DNA from: Planctomycetaceae bacterium | Lineage (GTDB): Bacteria; Planctomycetota; Planctomycetia; Pirellulales; Pirellulaceae | Assembly: GCA_040375695.1 (NCBI GenBank) | Contig: JBEIRZ010000002.1 | Location: 2,056-66,055 of the forward strand | DNA: 64,000 nucleotides | Direction: 5' to 3' | The notes under the pieces: generated by a model | The model's input: only the letters and a program-made list of their open reading frames with translations | Told to the model about the DNA's origin: nothing | The model's database searches: none | Shown here: positions 1 through 7,996 of the stretch, piece after piece | Position numbering within the stretch: position 1 is the first letter of the stretch | How the letters are laid out: each line of letters opens with the position of its first letter | Translations under genes and position numbers: made by a program

Positions 1-398
1 AGGTGCGAACCGGGCATGGTGATCGTTCCCGAATTCGGATCCAACTTGCTTTGTGGATCGATCTGCCGACACGCCCGCAATAGAGGCTCCGCGAGCCCTT
101 TGTCTCCTAGACCATAAATGACGAGTCGAGGGCGCTGATGCAAAACCCATAAAGCGACGATCAAAAAATAAAGCAACATCATGACGGGCCAAACGATCGG
201 GCCGAAAGCCGCCCCGGCGGCAGCCGGAAAAAAGAGATCTCCCGGTCCGATCGCGGCTAAACCGATGGCGGCGAGGGCCAACGCGAACGTGTCTCTTCCT
301 CCTGTGGTCACCAACGCCGGTCTTGTCCATCGCAACCATCCGAGGATCGTCAGGTACGCGCCCAAAGGAAATATCCCAAGCAAAATTTGAAAGGTCAT
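1..398 (-). CDS. Hypothetical integral membrane protein; the 3' end runs off the left window edge
   Basis: The minus-strand ATG at 398 opens a frame with no stop down to position 1. Translation begins MTFQILLGIFPLGAYLTILGWLRW... and shows three clear hydrophobic helices. The ORF is absent from the track because it is edge-truncated. No family was recognised. Confidence 0.5.
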   Translation of the reverse strand, partial: MTFQILLGIFPLGAYLTILGWLRWTRPALVTTGGRDTFALALAAIGLAAIGPGDLFFPAAAGAAFGPIVWPVMMLLYFLIVALWVLHQRPRLVIYGLGDKGLAEPLLRACRQIDPQSKLDPNSGTITMPGSH

Positions 399-453
399 CT
401 TTCACAGCCAATAATCGACTTTTCAGTACCCGTCCGCTCCCCAGCGTGAAGCC

Positions 454-1194
454 TTACTCAACAATCCGATGCGCGGCGAACCCTTTCTTACGAAGCAAGC
501 ATGCATCGCATCGGCCGCAGGGAATGCCTCCCGCCTGCGGATCATAGCAGGAAATGGTCAGCGAATAGTCCACCCCCAAAGACATTCCCATGGCGATGAT
601 TTCGGCTTTGTTGAGTTCGATGAGAGGGGCATGGATACGAAGACGCCGCCCTCCTTGGACGCCGGCACGGGTAGCCAAATTCGCCATGTCTTCGAACGCC
701 GAAATGTAGGGCGGCCGGCAGTCGGGGTAACCGCTGTAATCCAGCGCGTTGACACCGATAAACAGATCGCGGCTACCGATCACTTCTGCCAACGCCAAAG
801 CGAGCGACAAAAAGACAGTGTTTCTTGCAGGAACATAAGTGACCGGTATCTCAGGGCCAAGCTGGTCAACAGAATCGTGCTTCGGCACTTCCAATGCCCG
901 ATCGGTCAAAGCCGATCCGCCGAACTGGGCCAGATCGATGTCAACGACTCGATGAGATCGAACTTGAAATGCGGAAGCCAATCTCGCCGCCCTTTCCAAC
1001 TCATATTCGTGCCGCTGACCGTAGCGGAAACTGATCGTGTGCAACTCGAAAGCGGCCTCGCGGGCGATCGCCAAACAGGTCGCGCTGTCCAGACCGCCAG
1101 ATAACAAAACGACCGCCGGTTCTCCTACGTTTCGATCACCGAACTGACGTTGTGCCTTCAATTCATGGCCTCGGCTTCCAAAGCTTACGGGCAA
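454..1194 (-). CDS. queC: 7-cyano-7-deazaguanine synthase QueC
   Basis: The ORF has the PP-loop motif [10 protein letters not shown], the central YVPARNT, and the C-terminal zinc cluster CYD...[10 protein letters not shown] typical of QueC. The track start at 1194 is a TTG overlapping the upstream gene. An alternative TTG at 1161 lies 2 nt after the upstream stop. Confidence 0.9.
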   Translation of the reverse strand: MPVSFGSRGHELKAQRQFGDRNVGEPAVVLLSGGLDSATCLAIAREAAFELHTISFRYGQRHEYELERAARLASAFQVRSHRVVDIDLAQFGGSALTDRALEVPKHDSVDQLGPEIPVTYVPARNTVFLSLALALAEVIGSRDLFIGVNALDYSGYPDCRPPYISAFEDMANLATRAGVQGGRRLRIHAPLIELNKAEIIAMGMSLGVDYSLTISCYDPQAGGIPCGRCDACLLRKKGFAAHRIVE

Positions 1195-2125
1195 GCGTCG
1201 GCTGGTAAGTCGTCCAGTTCGGATCGCCGCTCATGTCCGAAGCAATGACGGAAATGGACGCCGCCAACTTCGCGTCAAGATTGTCCAAATGATGCAGTGC
1301 AATCGCCTCTAAGGTCTGCGGAACGCGAGGGCTTCCGAATTCCAAAGCCCCATGATGGCTTAGGATAAGGTGCTCTAGGTGCATCTGAAGGTCTGCCGGG
1401 AACTCCTCGGAACTTGCGGCCAACGCCCGCACCTTATCCCCAAGCAACTGGACACCGATAACAAGGTGCCCGACCAATTGCCCACGATCTGTATATCCGG
1501 GTCCAGACCCAACCCCAAGTTCATCGATCTTCCCTAAATCGTGCAAAAACGCACCGAACATCAACAACTCGGTATCGATCCCTTCGTACCTCGGACCGAT
1601 TAAAATCGCCAACTCCATAAGGTCGACGGTATGCCTTAACAAACCGCCCGGATAGGCGTGGTGATGGGTAACGGCGGCCGCCGCAGTTGTGAATCGCGAC
1701 ATCAATTCGTCGTCGCCCAGGTACGCCTCGCCCAACCGCCTTAGATGGACGTTTCGAAGCCCCCTCATCAGCTCGGCCAAGCGATCTGTTAAACGAGTCG
1801 CTTGGTCTGAATCAAAACGTTCAAAATCGACCCGGTCAACCCCTTCTTCGGAGGCCTTAGAGATGTCCGTAACGATGATTTGAAGGTTACCATTATGCAG
1901 TTGCGTCCTGCCTCTGCAGGTGATGAAGTCACCACGCTCGAACGCTTCGAACTTCGAGTCGTCCGCATTCCAGACCATACCGGAGATCACGCCGGTGCGA
2001 TCTCCAAGTTTCAGCAGGATGTACTTTCCACCCTGCCGGTTAACCCGGAGTTGCTTGTCGACCACCTGGAAGGGTTGGTCAACCGGTTGGCTCTCGGAGA
2101 GTCGATTGATGGGAGTCCGTGTCAC
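1163..2125 (-). CDS. OB-fold plus HD-domain phosphohydrolase (YhaM-like 3'-5' exoribonuclease family)
   Basis: The N-terminus has an OB-fold-like segment ([20 protein letters not shown]...NGNLQIIV). The HD-domain signature follows ([13 protein letters not shown]...FLHDLGK...LSHHG). Start codon is GTG. Confidence 0.7.
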   Translation of the reverse strand: MTRTPINRLSESQPVDQPFQVVDKQLRVNRQGGKYILLKLGDRTGVISGMVWNADDSKFEAFERGDFITCRGRTQLHNGNLQIIVTDISKASEEGVDRVDFERFDSDQATRLTDRLAELMRGLRNVHLRRLGEAYLGDDELMSRFTTAAAAVTHHHAYPGGLLRHTVDLMELAILIGPRYEGIDTELLMFGAFLHDLGKIDELGVGSGPGYTDRGQLVGHLVIGVQLLGDKVRALAASSEEFPADLQMHLEHLILSHHGALEFGSPRVPQTLEAIALHHLDNLDAKLAASISVIASDMSGDPNWTTYQPTLARKLWKPRP

Positions 2126-2204
2126 TCAAAGGATCCGAAGGAGATGGATCAGACAAGGCCGGAAAACAGATCCCGACCTCCGCAGATATTGAATCTCGGT
2201 GGGC

Positions 2205-2864
2205 TCAGTCGAGCTTTTTGACACGCATGTTACGAAAGTAGACCTTGCTATCCGGGTCGTGCGCCTGAATGGCAAACGTGCCTTCGCCGAGTCGTCGCTC
2301 GAATTGCTCCGATTCGGCTGGCTTATCCGCTGGCTCCGTGTAATCAACCATGGTTTGACCATTAAGAATCAGTCTCACCCGATGTCCTTCAACGACAATT
2401 TCCTGAGTGTACCATTCGTTATCCTTCACCGGCGGATCAGGAATATTCACCACGCCATACAGACTGCTGGTCCGCTTGGGATCGGTATGAGTCACATTCA
2501 CTTGGCATTCATGACCATACTTTGGCCAACCTTCTGCCTGGTAACGGGTGTGAAAGTACAGCCCGGAATTGCTCCCCGATGTCGTCTTCACTTCCGTGAT
2601 GAAATGGAAATTCTTGAAAGGGGCCAAATCACCAACGTAGAAGAGGTGGGCTCGAGGCCCGTCGACGACGATCATGCCGTCCTCGACTTTCAGACTGCCC
2701 GGATTTTCCTCCGACTTTTTCCAGCCGTTTAAGCTTTTACCATCAAACAGGGGAACAAAGCCCGCGGCAGTTTTTCCACCCTCTTCGGCCCGAACAGCCA
2801 TCGCGGTGATCATGAAAAGAGCGGCAGCCAAAAGGGTGACCGATAAAAAAAGTGAAGATTTCAT
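2205..2864 (-). CDS. Secreted DUF1080 (3-keto-disaccharide hydrolase-like) domain protein
   Basis: The internal ATG at 2864 gives a signal peptide, MKSSLFLSVTLLAAALFMITAMAVRA. The body matches the DUF1080 pattern (FVPLFDGKSLNGWKK ... GTFAIQAHDPDSKVYFRNMRVKKL). The longer track ORF reaching 3020 has a non-protein-like N-terminus. Confidence 0.8.
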   Translation of the reverse strand: MKSSLFLSVTLLAAALFMITAMAVRAEEGGKTAAGFVPLFDGKSLNGWKKSEENPGSLKVEDGMIVVDGPRAHLFYVGDLAPFKNFHFITEVKTTSGSNSGLYFHTRYQAEGWPKYGHECQVNVTHTDPKRTSSLYGVVNIPDPPVKDNEWYTQEIVVEGHRVRLILNGQTMVDYTEPADKPAESEQFERRLGEGTFAIQAHDPDSKVYFRNMRVKKLD

Positions 2865-3051
2865 ACGCTTGGTTGACCGAAACGAAAGAGAAATCGGAGC
2901 TCGCATGGCAGGATCACAACAAGTAATCCGATAGCGACATCCGACAAAAATAAGGAAAGGTCTCCCGCGGCAACGGACATTTTTGGTTGCCACAAAGCAA
3001 TAGGAAACCAGTGTGCTCAAGTCTCAACAGCTATTTCAGGGACCGCTTCGA

Positions 3052-3090
3052 CCGCAGCTCCGATTCGATGAACGATCGGACACGCTGCGG
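3052..3090 (-). terminator. Imperfect 13-bp stem-loop between the cytochrome c gene and the DUF1080 gene
   Basis: CCGCAGC/GCTGCGG and the inner TCCGAT/ATCGGA inverted repeats were read directly. No U-tract follows, so intrinsic terminator function is uncertain. Confidence 0.3.
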
Positions 3091-3129
3091 CCCAGAGTCG
3101 GCAAAGCTCAAAAACTTGAACGAGTCGGA

Positions 3130-3519
3130 TTATAGCTTAGCGTCCGTCGCGGGAAGCATGTTGGCTTTCAGCTTTTCGGCGAATGTCTTTCCGTCCTTGC
3201 TCTTCTTCTCGCCTGCTTTCTTCAAACCCGCAACGATCAATTCCTTGGCCTTGTCTGGGTTTGCAACAACCCATTCCTTGGTGAAATCCTCTTTTTTGAG
3301 CAACTCTTTGATTGCCGTGCCATACTCGTTTCGGGCGGTCTTTTTCTCACCCTTCACGTGGCAGACATTGCAACCAGCCTTACGAGCCTCTTTAACGAAC
3401 TCTTCATTCGCCCCCTCGCCGGTGTAATGATCCTTCCACTCTTTGCTGAATTCATTGGTTGCGAAGGCAGGTGACACGAGCAAGAGCGAGCAAGCGAGGG
3501 ACAATCCGAAACGTCTCAT
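3130..3519 (-). CDS. Small secreted monoheme c-type cytochrome
   Basis: The ATG at 3519 gives the signal peptide MRRFGLSLACSLLLVSPAFA. There is a single CxxCH heme-binding motif (CNVCH). The body is lysine-rich and looks soluble. Confidence 0.7.
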   Translation of the reverse strand: MRRFGLSLACSLLLVSPAFATNEFSKEWKDHYTGEGANEEFVKEARKAGCNVCHVKGEKKTARNEYGTAIKELLKKEDFTKEWVVANPDKAKELIVAGLKKAGEKKSKDGKTFAEKLKANMLPATDAKL

Positions 3520-3612
3520 CAGGATACTCCAAAGGTGGGAAACATCGTCGGCCGACGGGTGCCATTCTATTAAAACCTCGTTGCCAAACAAAAGTCAAAT
3601 CGGAGAAATGGG

Positions 3613-6600
3613 CTAATCCCGATCTCCGACGTCAACGCCCGGCACCGACTCGATCATCGCAGGAAGCTCGTAAACAGGATTGCGTGGACAAGCGGGCAGA
3701 TCATCCCGGTCAAAACCGACGTCGACCGCCCCTTCTAAATAGAAATCGGGGGGTGTCAATTGGCTGGCAACCTTGCCGACATCGGGCGGATTGGCCCAAC
3801 GCAAGCTCATCAGGGGTGAACGTTCGACGGCCCAGGCAGGCCTCTGGATCGCCGAAATCTCACGTACACCAACGGAATCTCGGGCGCCGGAAGCTGACAC
3901 GATACGCAGGATCGGGTCGTTTGCCGAGGCCGAGAATTCGCGATTCGGCCCGGAAAGCGAAAAATCGTAGGCGTTGCCACTACCCCTCAAAACGAGCAAC
4001 GACTCTTTGGGGAACTCTGGCCCCAACCCGATGAACTCGATATGGGGAATACCGGGCGGCGATTTAAATACGCAATCAGTCGCCTCTCGACCGATCGGAA
4101 CCGGATAGCGACCTGACGGGCCTAACCTGGTACGTATGAGCCCTCGTGGGGTAACGGCTGTCAACCGTCTCAATTCGAGTTGAACCCGCATATCTCCCTG
4201 CCGCAGGTCGGTCTGCGAACCTGCGATCTCGAACATCCGACCGGAGACGGCGAGAAAACCGTTGTCCCACCGGAGTTCTACCAGCACCGGGTCGATCAGA
4301 TTAATGAGCGACATTTCCCCCCGACAAACGACATCTTTCATTTCGATCACAACCCGAGGTGGCAGCTCAACCGCGAACTCCGCCCCTTGGCGAGACCGCA
4401 CGGCAAGGGGCCCGTCCATAGGGACTGTCTGGATTTCGTCTCGCAGGGAAAACGGGTCGGTCCCCAGATCACTAATCAGCGGTCGATGCTCCGTAGGGAG
4501 ACTGATCTCGAAAGCATAAAACTCCTCCCGATCAGACCCACCCTCGATCGTCACGGTGCAAGCGTTCATTCGAATTCGGTCGTGGTTGCTGAGCGAAAAG
4601 AGCGCACCTCCTTCCAAGGCGCGGCTACCGATCTTCCAAACGAAATTCAATCCTTCAAAATTGATGCGATTCGAACCGACATCGATCATGGTCTCTCGTT
4701 GCATGGCCGGTACCGAATCGCTGCGAAATCGGACTTCAGTCGCTTGCACCGCGGAACGGATCGTCAGACCATTGGCAGGTATTCGGATGGGCAAGCTTTC
4801 GATCACGGGTTCGGCGATCTCGATAAGATTAATTCCCAGTTGCTTCGCCAACGCAAGCGCTTCCTGCAAATCATTCGCACGGGTGACCCCTTCAGGCCAA
4901 ATCCGACTGTCGCGACTAATGACCACCTTCAATCCGTCGGTTGCACCGGGGTCATCAACAGCCGGGGCCGCCGGTGTTGAACCCAGGCTATCTCGAGCCA
5001 TCGCGATTTCGGAAAATCGAGGGCCCTGAATTGCCTCTTCCCCAGCGACCGGTGCTGGATTCCGGTTAGATAGCGATGCACTCTCCGTCACCGGTCCTGC
5101 CTGATCGGCTTGGGAATTCCAAGGAATCTGCGAAACAGATTTGGCAAGCTCGGAACCCTGATCCGGACGAAAAGGGAACTCATTTCCAACATCGCTTGGG
5201 ACTTGAGGGGCTAACCCGCTGGGGTCTCGCCGCGCCGCAGGGACAATCGCTTCATTGCCTGATTGAACACCACCAGGAACGACTACGCCCTCAGCCGGAT
5301 TGGCCGACTCAATGCTGCCCGCTTCGACACTCAAACCGGAACCGATCTTCATCGCGGATGCCGGAACTTCGAGACGGAAAGCATCACCACGCAGAGAGTC
5401 GACAGTCTGCAAGAACATCGCGCCAATCAGCAGCGCCATGGCCGTGATCATCCACGGCAGATAACCGATCCACAACCCCGGAGAGACATCGTCGCGATTG
5501 ATCGCGACCGTACCCTGGGAACTGGCCTTCACCAACGACTCCCGTTCTGCCAATTCCCTGAGGTCGGCGACCAAATCGATCGCCCTCTGGTACCGCATGT
5601 CCGGCGATTTGGCCAGCATTTTAAAAATAATAGCCCTGAGGTCATCGCTGATGTCGGACCTGACCGCGGTCGGGTCGGGTGGCGGCGCGTTACCGTGGTT
5701 CAAAAGCTTTTGAAGCACCGTTCCGCCAGGATAGGGCGGCTCACCGATGAGCATGAAATAGAGCGTGCATCCCAGCGAGTAAATGTCGCTTCTTACATCC
5801 GCGTCACGGGGGTCACGTGCCTGCTCTGGCGAAATGTAATCGAAGGTTCCGAGGGTGACGCCGCTCGCGGTCATATCCCCGGAAAACTCCAACTGATCGC
5901 TGCGGGCCAAACCCATATCGACAAGCTTGGTGTCCCCTTCCGAATTGACCAGAACGTTCGAAGGTTTCACATCGCGGTGGACGACGCCTCGACCGCTCGC
6001 ATGATGCAAAGCTTCTGCGATCTGACGCGTGTAAAAGACCGCGTCATCAATGCTCAGGACACCGTCACGACTAACAAGGTCGCGAATATTCGTGCCTTGT
6101 ATGTATTCGAATACGATGTACCGCCAACCTTCCGACATCCCGACATCAAACACCCTCGCGATATTGGGGTGATCGAGCCGAGCGGCTGCCTGGGCCTCGT
6201 TTCGAAAGCGACGCTGCATGTCCGGATCGTCACCGATGAAAGGGATCACCTTAATCGCTACGGTCCGATCCAAACGCTCGTCACGGGCTCGAAAAACAGC
6301 CCCCATCCCGCCGCCGCCGATCAGTTCCTCAAGGTGGAAGTGGCTTAATCGACTTCCGAGCAAGACCTTGGCAACTTCGGCAGGACTCGAAGCGTTGGTT
6401 CGCTCTGGCATGCGGACGGAAGACCCCCCGTCTGTCCGACGAATGACCGTGACGGCATCCTCTGTAGGGTCATCGAGGGCCGTGAACGGATTGACCGACT
6501 GGTTGACGGCGTCATCACCGGGAAGCCGATCGGCACTGGGGAGCAATTCGGTCGAACCAACGTCTGCGGCACTTTCCACTTTGGGCCCGGCCTCGGGGTC

Positions 6601-6708
6601 AGAATTCGGCGCTGGATAGGATGACATTGGTTCGTCCGACGGGTCGGAAAGGAAGGTGATCGACCGCCCCAGAATTTCTACAAAATACCTGGAAACCTCG
6701 ACAGGCAA
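3613..6708 (-). CDS. Receptor-like Ser/Thr protein kinase with one TM helix and a ~600-aa C-terminal extracytoplasmic region
   Basis: Hanks kinase motifs are present: GGGGMGAVFRA, AIKVI, HRDVKPSNVLV, DMGLAR and SPEQ. A TM helix (LWIGYLPWMITAMALLIGAMFL) follows the kinase domain. The track start is TTG at 6708, and an ATG alternative lies at 6627. Confidence 0.9.
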   Translation of the reverse strand: MPVEVSRYFVEILGRSITFLSDPSDEPMSSYPAPNSDPEAGPKVESAADVGSTELLPSADRLPGDDAVNQSVNPFTALDDPTEDAVTVIRRTDGGSSVRMPERTNASSPAEVAKVLLGSRLSHFHLEELIGGGGMGAVFRARDERLDRTVAIKVIPFIGDDPDMQRRFRNEAQAAARLDHPNIARVFDVGMSEGWRYIVFEYIQGTNIRDLVSRDGVLSIDDAVFYTRQIAEALHHASGRGVVHRDVKPSNVLVNSEGDTKLVDMGLARSDQLEFSGDMTASGVTLGTFDYISPEQARDPRDADVRSDIYSLGCTLYFMLIGEPPYPGGTVLQKLLNHGNAPPPDPTAVRSDISDDLRAIIFKMLAKSPDMRYQRAIDLVADLRELAERESLVKASSQGTVAINRDDVSPGLWIGYLPWMITAMALLIGAMFLQTVDSLRGDAFRLEVPASAMKIGSGLSVEAGSIESANPAEGVVVPGGVQSGNEAIVPAARRDPSGLAPQVPSDVGNEFPFRPDQGSELAKSVSQIPWNSQADQAGPVTESASLSNRNPAPVAGEEAIQGPRFSEIAMARDSLGSTPAAPAVDDPGATDGLKVVISRDSRIWPEGVTRANDLQEALALAKQLGINLIEIAEPVIESLPIRIPANGLTIRSAVQATEVRFRSDSVPAMQRETMIDVGSNRINFEGLNFVWKIGSRALEGGALFSLSNHDRIRMNACTVTIEGGSDREEFYAFEISLPTEHRPLISDLGTDPFSLRDEIQTVPMDGPLAVRSRQGAEFAVELPPRVVIEMKDVVCRGEMSLINLIDPVLVELRWDNGFLAVSGRMFEIAGSQTDLRQGDMRVQLELRRLTAVTPRGLIRTRLGPSGRYPVPIGREATDCVFKSPPGIPHIEFIGLGPEFPKESLLVLRGSGNAYDFSLSGPNREFSASANDPILRIVSASGARDSVGVREISAIQRPAWAVERSPLMSLRWANPPDVGKVASQLTPPDFYLEGAVDVGFDRDDLPACPRNPVYELPAMIESVPGVDVGDRD

Positions 6709-7011
6709 GGGAAAACAACTCTTTGACCATTCCCACTAAGTTTAGATCGTAGCCCATCCCGGTTCAACGAAACCGGGCCGATCGCGCGAGGTGAAAAAGG
6801 CGAAAAAGGCCGATCCTCCCGATAATTCGGAAAGACCGGCCGTAAGAGAGAGCCAGTACCGAACCGTTTTTTCAAAAAACCTTAGACGGTGTTTCGGAAA
6901 TCACCGAACGACACAATCTGACTCGCCTGCGCCCCGCGGACACGCCGCGTCGTCATCCGCCATCGTTTCGCAACAAGCGGATCGGGGGCAGGAACTGGCT
7001 CCCCGAGCGCT

Positions 7012-7236
7012 TCATTCGTCCCCACAGCAATTCTCGCTGCTGCAAGCCTCGCGACCGCAAGATTCACAGACACAAGGGCCGCCGTCGCGACAGACACAAT
7101 CACTATCGCAGCAATCGTCGGCACATGCGGCCGGAACGGTCACCGCCTGATCGTCAGATCCGATCGCTTGAAACTACCGGCCGACACTGCCACCAAGCAA
7201 CACCGCCAAACCGAGGGGTAGCAAAACCTTGAGCAT
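7012..7236 (-). CDS. Candidate Cys-rich small peptide with a leader-like mini-ORF, an in-frame TAG and an 11-Cys acidic body; coding status uncertain
   Basis: The ATG at 7236 is preceded by GAGAGG 7 nt upstream. It encodes MLKVLLPLGLAVLLGGSVGR, then TAG (7176-7174). The same frame continues with FQAIGSDDQAVTVPAACADDCCDSDCVCRDGGPCVCESCGREACSSENCCGDE and ends at TGA (7014-7012). An internal GTG at 7143 would give a 43-aa product. The locus competes with the frame-shifted 80-aa track ORF 6882..7124. Confidence 0.3.
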
Positions 7237-7376
7237 CTTTCAGCCTCTCTGTCGTTGTATGAAAGCAGTTACGTAACGGACGCGTGGCGACCTAACGAAA
7301 ACCGCTTGCAGGTACAACGCGAGCGGTGTTGACGGGTCGACGCGACTCATTTGAACGCGGGATAGAAACGTCGCAG

Positions 7377-7898
7377 TCAATTCAGCCAGCGAGAAAGCAG
7401 GACACAACATTGGCGACCCGTGCTCGAAGCCAAACCCAACGGGACACGCGTTCCCGGACGCGGGAACAAAGACGCCAGAGGCAATGAGGCTTCAGACAAC
7501 CGATCGCTGACATCAAGCAAGCCGTGAGAAATTCGCGGGTCAAAGCCCCGTTGCGGCGATGGCGGTCCCAAGCCTGAGGCCCACGCTTCTTGGCATTCGC
7601 AGACGGGGAAGATCTCTCCGAAAGCGGTAACGCCTTGATGAGCGGCAACGAGCGCGGAAGACTCCCCTCCAAACCCTGGCCCGCAGCAAAGCCGCTCAAG
7701 CCCTTCGTAGCCCGCAACGCCTGATGGCTTCGGATCGACCTGGCAACATGAGCAGATGTCCTGCGGGGAGACCATGCTTAGCCCGGAACGAATTCCGAAA
7801 CAGCAAGGGTTGCAATGCGACACAACCGGCCCCAGGGACAAGAATAGAATCCCTGCAGAAGCGAGGAGAGATGCCGCGGCAGGGAGCGTAGAACCCAT
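7377..7898 (-). CDS. Hypothetical protein with an N-terminal hydrophobic segment and repeated CC motifs
   Basis: This is the longest ORF in the otherwise unassigned ~760 nt between ygiQ and the Cys-rich mini-ORF. The N-terminus is MGSTLPAAASLLASAGILFLSLGPVV. Cys motifs are HCNPCC, CSCC, LCCGPG, VCEC and QCC. No family was recognised and other ORFs overlap it in other frames. Confidence 0.3.
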   Translation of the reverse strand: MGSTLPAAASLLASAGILFLSLGPVVSHCNPCCFGIRSGLSMVSPQDICSCCQVDPKPSGVAGYEGLERLCCGPGFGGESSALVAAHQGVTAFGEIFPVCECQEAWASGLGPPSPQRGFDPRISHGLLDVSDRLSEASLPLASLFPRPGTRVPLGLASSTGRQCCVLLSRWLN

Positions 7899-7996
7899 CC
7901 TGCCGCAATACTACGCATGTACCCTGGCGAAGGCAACGAATCCATGCTTTCGCAAGCCTTATCCCAGGTCCATAATCGACCCCAGAAAGTTCAAGA

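Noticed and set aside
181-547. Plus-strand ORFs of 69 and 74 aa at the left edge
   Set aside because: They are antisense to a convincing three-TM membrane protein frame (1..398, minus strand) and to the queC 3' end. Their composition is Ala/Pro/Arg-rich.
5263-6348. 361-aa plus-strand ORF overlapping the Ser/Thr kinase
   Set aside because: It is antisense to the kinase catalytic domain, which has unambiguous Hanks motifs. Its composition is not protein-like.
6882-7124. 80-aa minus-strand track ORF (MPTIAAIVIVSVATAALVSV...) overlapping the Cys-rich frame
   Set aside because: I have not fully excluded this ORF. No SD-like sequence precedes its ATG, and the hydrophobic run could be a frame shadow of the Cys/Asp codons. 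The reverse is equally possible. It is kept as the explicit alternative in the finding rather than annotated as a gene.
7174-7176. Pyrrolysine recoding as an explanation of the in-frame TAG
   Set aside because: No pyl genes or PYLIS-like context are visible in the window. The lineage inferred from gene content is not known to use Pyl. This cannot be evaluated further without the whole genome.
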